64,000 nucleotides of DNA. Source: Zootoca vivipara. Lineage: Eukaryota. Both the position numbers and the translations under genes were made by a program. The first letter of the stretch is position 1, and every line of letters begins with the position of its first letter. Location: contig NC_083294.1 in the NCBI RefSeq assembly GCF_963506605.1, positions 4,092,001 through 4,156,000 on the forward strand, written 5' to 3'. Positions 60,042 through 64,000 of the stretch are shown here, piece by piece. The notes under the pieces were generated by a model that ran no database searches, was not told where the DNA came from, and worked only from the letters and a program-made list of their open reading frames with translations.

Positions 60042-61035
60042 TATATAATAAAGACCGTGAGGGCCGCTCTAGGACCTAGTCCCGCCCGCCAAGAGGAGTC
60101 CCTCGCTCGCTCACCACGGAGTAGCCGTAGACGTGGATCCGGCGGGGGCTACTCTGGCGGGAAATCCGCCCGCCGCCCTGGCATTCGCACTCAAAGCCCA
60201 GCTGGGAGAGATCTTCAGATACGCGGTCATAGATGTCGGCTGCGGGTTAAAGTGTGTAAAAAATGCACATTGGGGTTTAGATGAGTGTATAAATCTAGGG
60301 TTTGTGTGTCCCTATAAGTGTGCGGTTGCTTATAGATTTGTGCGTATACTTGTGCATATAAATACATGTCTCTATAAGTGTGTGCTTGTGTGTATATTTG
60401 TGTGTATACTTGTGCATATAAATATGTATATATATAATTTATAGAAATATACCTATGTATCTATTAAATCATAATATTATTTAGTAATCTATTCATAGCA
60501 TCAAAATAAAATGATGTATAAATAATAAATAATAAATAGATAGAAATAATAGGTATATATATATATATACACACACACAATTATAAATATCGAATCATAT
60601 ATATTACTAAATAAGCTTATGAAAACGTACAGAGAAAAACAAAAGTGACATGTTCCGTTCAGGATGAGGGCGCGAGGCATACGTGCCATTCCGCCCCCTT
60701 TTCAGCTCTCGCCCAATCAGAGCTCGTGTCCGGCGCGCTCTCCCCGCCTTCGCGTCCCTCGTGCTTAAGCCTCGCCCAATCGGTGCCCACTTCCGGCGTT
60801 CCCTCCCCGTCTCCCACGTCCACGTGCCTACGCCTCGCCCAATCGGAACCCGCTCCCGGCTTTCTGCGCCCGCCTCCGTCCCCTCACCGTGATACTCGGC
60901 CCAGGCGTAGCCGCGCACGACATCCTTGCCCGGTCCGGAGCCTCGTGGCGTGACCCGGATGAGGACGTACTTGAAGACGCCGTCGTCCTCGTCGATGTCG
61001 ACGTCGGGAACGCGCTCCAGGTCTCCGTCCGCCAT
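56993..61035 (-). CDS. PHPT1: 14 kDa phosphohistidine phosphatase (121 aa, 3 exons)
   Basis: Exons 61035-60888 ([17 protein letters not shown]...WAEYH), 60239-60115 (ADIY...CECQGGGRI...HVYGYS), 57085-56993 (GFGRAKHS...[10 protein letters not shown]). The catalytic His in AEYHADIY is intact. AATAAA on minus at 56902-56907. Confidence 0.96.
57795..59990 (-). mobile_element. Non-autonomous Helitron (~2.2 kb) inserted in a (TA)n tract in PHPT1 intron 2
   Basis: 5' A|TCCTATATAATAATG at 59990. 3' hairpin CCCGTTATTGAACGGG followed by CTGAAATACACTAA|T at 57795. (TA)n on both sides. Confidence 0.75.
57968..58105 (-). mobile_element. tRNA(Lys)-derived SINE with CR1-like tail, inside the Helitron
   Basis: Minus strand AGCATGAGACTCATTAATCTCAGGGAGTCAAGGATTCGAGCCCCACGTTGG resembles a degenerate tRNA-Lys(CTT); tail seen as tagaatcatagag. 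Confidence 0.7.
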
Positions 61036-61084
61036 TATTGCTGCGCCCGCTGAGGCGAAAGGAGCGCCCACCAAAGCAGGCACG

Positions 61085-61480
61085 GGACCAATGGTGATTC
61101 GGCTGCTGTGAAGCCCCGGCCCTGAGGCGGGATTAAGTCCTTTGGCGGGCCGGCGCAGAAAGGCTCAGCCGATGGGTACGCCACTTCTAGCTTGCGTGAC
61201 CAATCGAGGGTAGGCTGCCGCGCAACACCGCCCAGGAGGCGGGGTTAGTTCCTTTGATTGTCCGGCTCAGAAAGGCTCAGCCAATGGGTGCACCGCCAAA
61301 TCGTGGGTCAGCTGCTGCGGAGTACCGCCCCCGGGGCGGGCGTACGTTTTTTGATAGGCCTGTCAGCCAATGGGCGCGCCGCTTTCGGCTTCCTTTACTT
61401 AATCGCAGGTCGGAGTGCCTTTAGTGCGTGTGTTGGGAGGTCAGCGTCCTAAGCTAACTACATTTCCCATGATGCTTTGG
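61085..61480. promoter_or_regulatory. PHPT1 CpG promoter, possibly bidirectional
   Basis: CCAAT boxes at ~61088, 61200, 61281 and 61367; GC boxes; ZNF143/THAP11-type ACTACATTTCCCATGATGC at ~61457. Confidence 0.6.
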
Positions 61481-61756
61481 GGCCTGGCCATTCAAAAGAC
61501 TTAGAAGAGCCCTTGGAATCGTCAATCAAAGCTCTAGGTGCAGCTTGGGAACTGAAGTTTCCAGGCACTGAGACCTCCAAGGAGGCGCCTTCTCCCCATT
61601 GAGAGCTAAAATTTCAATCACACCCCCCACCCTTGAAAATGGGGATCCACTCTCGGCTTTGTAGGGCTGGCACCAAACTACAGTTCCCAGCACGAAAATC
61701 ACTGCCCTTTAAAAAATTATTTATTTTTTATAATATTATTTTTAAGAAAATCACTG

Positions 61757-63394
61757 CCCTTTTAAACAGCCCCATGTTTCTGCAAAGGTGTATAATTTCA
61801 TATTCCCATAAAATATGTTGTGATTCATGGAGAATTGCTTTTTATTATTATTTCATTGCTGATCATCTCTGGTTTCTTTAAAGATCTGTTACTTTTATTA
61901 TATTAATACTGTAATACAATAAATGTTAATAATTATTAATATTATTATCAATTATTTTTAGTAATAATTGTTATAATTGTTATAATTTTGATTCTATAAA
62001 AGAGACAGACACAGGGATTGGACGCAGAGACTGCACGCACACACACACACACACACATGCTCTCCCCACCCCTCTGCCTACAGTTTACCTGTGGCTGCGA
62101 ACTGCCACTCCCGGCTTCTACCCCCAGCGACCAGCAGCCAGCGGGCGTCGCGCACACGCGTGCGCACTCTCCCCCCCACCCCGGCCGCTCCGCTTTGACT
62201 TTTCGGTCTCCGAAGCCCCGTCTCATGCTGGAGGTGCGCGGCAAGGCGGCGGGGGGGGGGAGAAGCGCTCCCCGCCCCGCTGCCTTGCTGCGCACCTCCA
62301 GCATGGGAAGGCGCTTCCTCGGCGAAGGCAAACAGGCGGGCTGCCTGCCTGCTTGCCTTTGTCGAGGAAGTGCCCGCTGTAGCTTCGGCTCGGCGGCAGC
62401 AGTGCTTCCTCGGTGAAGGCAAGCAGGCAGACAGCCCGCCTGTGTCCGTGGGGCACATGCGCAATCCCTGTGTCCGTGGGGCACATGCGCAATCCCTGTG
62501 TCCGTGGGGCACATGCGCAGTAGCGCAAACCCAGGGACACGGAATACTGGACGCAGAGACACTTGCACTTTATTATATAGGATGATGGTAATAATTTATT
62601 ATTTATACCCCGCTCTCTTTCTGTCTCTGTCTCTTTTATAGAATCAAAATTATAACAATTATAACCATTATTACTAAAAATAATTGATAATAATATTAAT
62701 TATTAATAATATTAATACTTATTAATATTCATTGTATTATTAATATAATAAAAGTAACAGATCTTTAAAGAAACCAGAGATGATCAGCAATGAAATAATA
62801 AAAAAAGCGATTCCCCATGAATCACAACATATTTTATGGGAATATGAAATTATACACCTTTGCAGAAACATGGGGCTGTTTAAAAGGGCTTGGCGGCAGC
62901 AGCGCTTCCTCGGCGATGGCAAGCAGGCAGACAGCCTGCATGCTTGCCTTCGCTGAGGAAGCCGAAGCGACAACGGGCGCCGAGGGAAGCCGGCATTGGC
63001 TTGGCGGCGGCGGGAAGAAGGGAGGAATTCCTTCCCCTCTTCCCGCCGCCGCCAAGCAATCCCCAAGCCAAATTGTGGCGCGTGAAGGCTTGGGGAAGGC
63101 AAACGGCGAAAAGCCCCCGCCGCGCCGCAATTCGGCTCCGTCCCCCGCACACTTTGGCTTGGGGAAGCAGGCAGGGAGACGGCAACAGCCCGGGAAGCTG
63201 CGGGCTGTTGCTGTCTCCCTGCCTGCTTCCCCGAGCTGTAACGCAACGGGGGACAGAGCTGAAGATTGGCGGGCGCTGTTTGCCGGGGTTGACAAGCCCC
63301 GGCAACCAGCGCCCGCCGATCTTCGTGTCCCAAGGCTTCCCCTCCGTTCCCACCCAGCTAGCACCCGTTTACTAAACGGGCTGAATGACACTAA
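61757..63394. mobile_element. Helitron of the same family, split into oppositely oriented halves
   Basis: Minus 5' end TCCTATATAATAAAGTG at 62582. Plus 3' end CCCGTTTACTAAACGGG followed by CTGAATGACACTAA|T at 63394. Inverted ~255-bp arms at 61757-62010 and 62625-62889. Confidence 0.65.
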
Positions 63395-63671
63395 TAGTAC
63401 TATAACATTTTATATAATTAAAATGATTAAATAGAATTATAATTAAATAATTAAATAAATATAATTATATATATTAAATTATATTGAATTATTAAATCCA
63501 ATATATTAATTGAATTTATATACCCCCACATTAAAAACTTGAATAGAAATCAATTCTGTGTGAATCCTATGGCAGGCGCACAGATGAAGGCCCAGCGAAG
63601 GAATTCCAGGAGCAAGTGATCGCTGCTCGTTTTCCTTTGGGATGATCAAAAACTGCTGCCAGATGGGCTGG

Positions 63672-63721
<50 letters not shown>

Positions 63722-64000
63722 TTATTGTCCTTTTGGGGGGCAATTTGTCTCAGTTGGACAAAAGAAACAGAAATCATCGAAAGGGCTGGAAAGGGAAATG
63801 GGGTCCTCTGAGTATGTGCAGAGTCCCCAAGCAAAGGGAACATCAAACGGAGGCTGACAATGTTGTGGGTTTGAGTTCCATTTCATATTTATTCCAGGGA
63901 AATATTTTCTCCCCCCTCCCCATTTTTATACCTTTCCATATAAACGTACATATACATGCTTCTTTTTCTCTCCGGCATAAAATACCTTTACATAATTTGG

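Noticed and set aside
58958-63434. Numerous 100-200 aa ORFs in Helitron and CpG regions (other than PHPT1 exons)
   Set aside because: GC-rich sequence open in several frames, with no domain or splice support and no Rep/helicase motifs

Overview
Vertebrate genomic DNA, most likely a squamate lizard and probably a lacertid (inferred from Sauria SINEs with ACCTTT tails plus BovB, CR1, L2, Rex1 and Helitron elements). It is a gene-dense block with GC-rich exons and repeat-choked introns, homologous to human 9q32-q34.3 / chicken chr17. I reconstructed six genes by hand from splice sites and reading phase: FAM166A/CIMIP2A (-, last exon outside the window), NRARP (+, single exon), AMBP (-, 10 exons), CCDC183 (+, 14 exons), RABL6 (+, 15 exons) and PHPT1 (-, 3 exons). 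There are three N gaps. I found no new protein family. The most notable observations are: (1) a perfect Notch RBPJ paired site plus a CArG box next to an array of PBX/MEIS-like motifs upstream of NRARP; (2) an unusually diverged, GC-shifted NRARP; (3) a bikunin whose second Kunitz domain has lost its P1 Arg; (4) tandem repeats built from local exon-boundary or promoter sequence, including a ~60-bp repeat confined to RABL6 introns; (5) inverted self-insertions of a BovB and of a Helitron; (6) two L2 copies sharing the same nonsense mutation. Comparisons with human or chicken orthologues are from memory and were not database-checked. Function proposed for any motif is inference.
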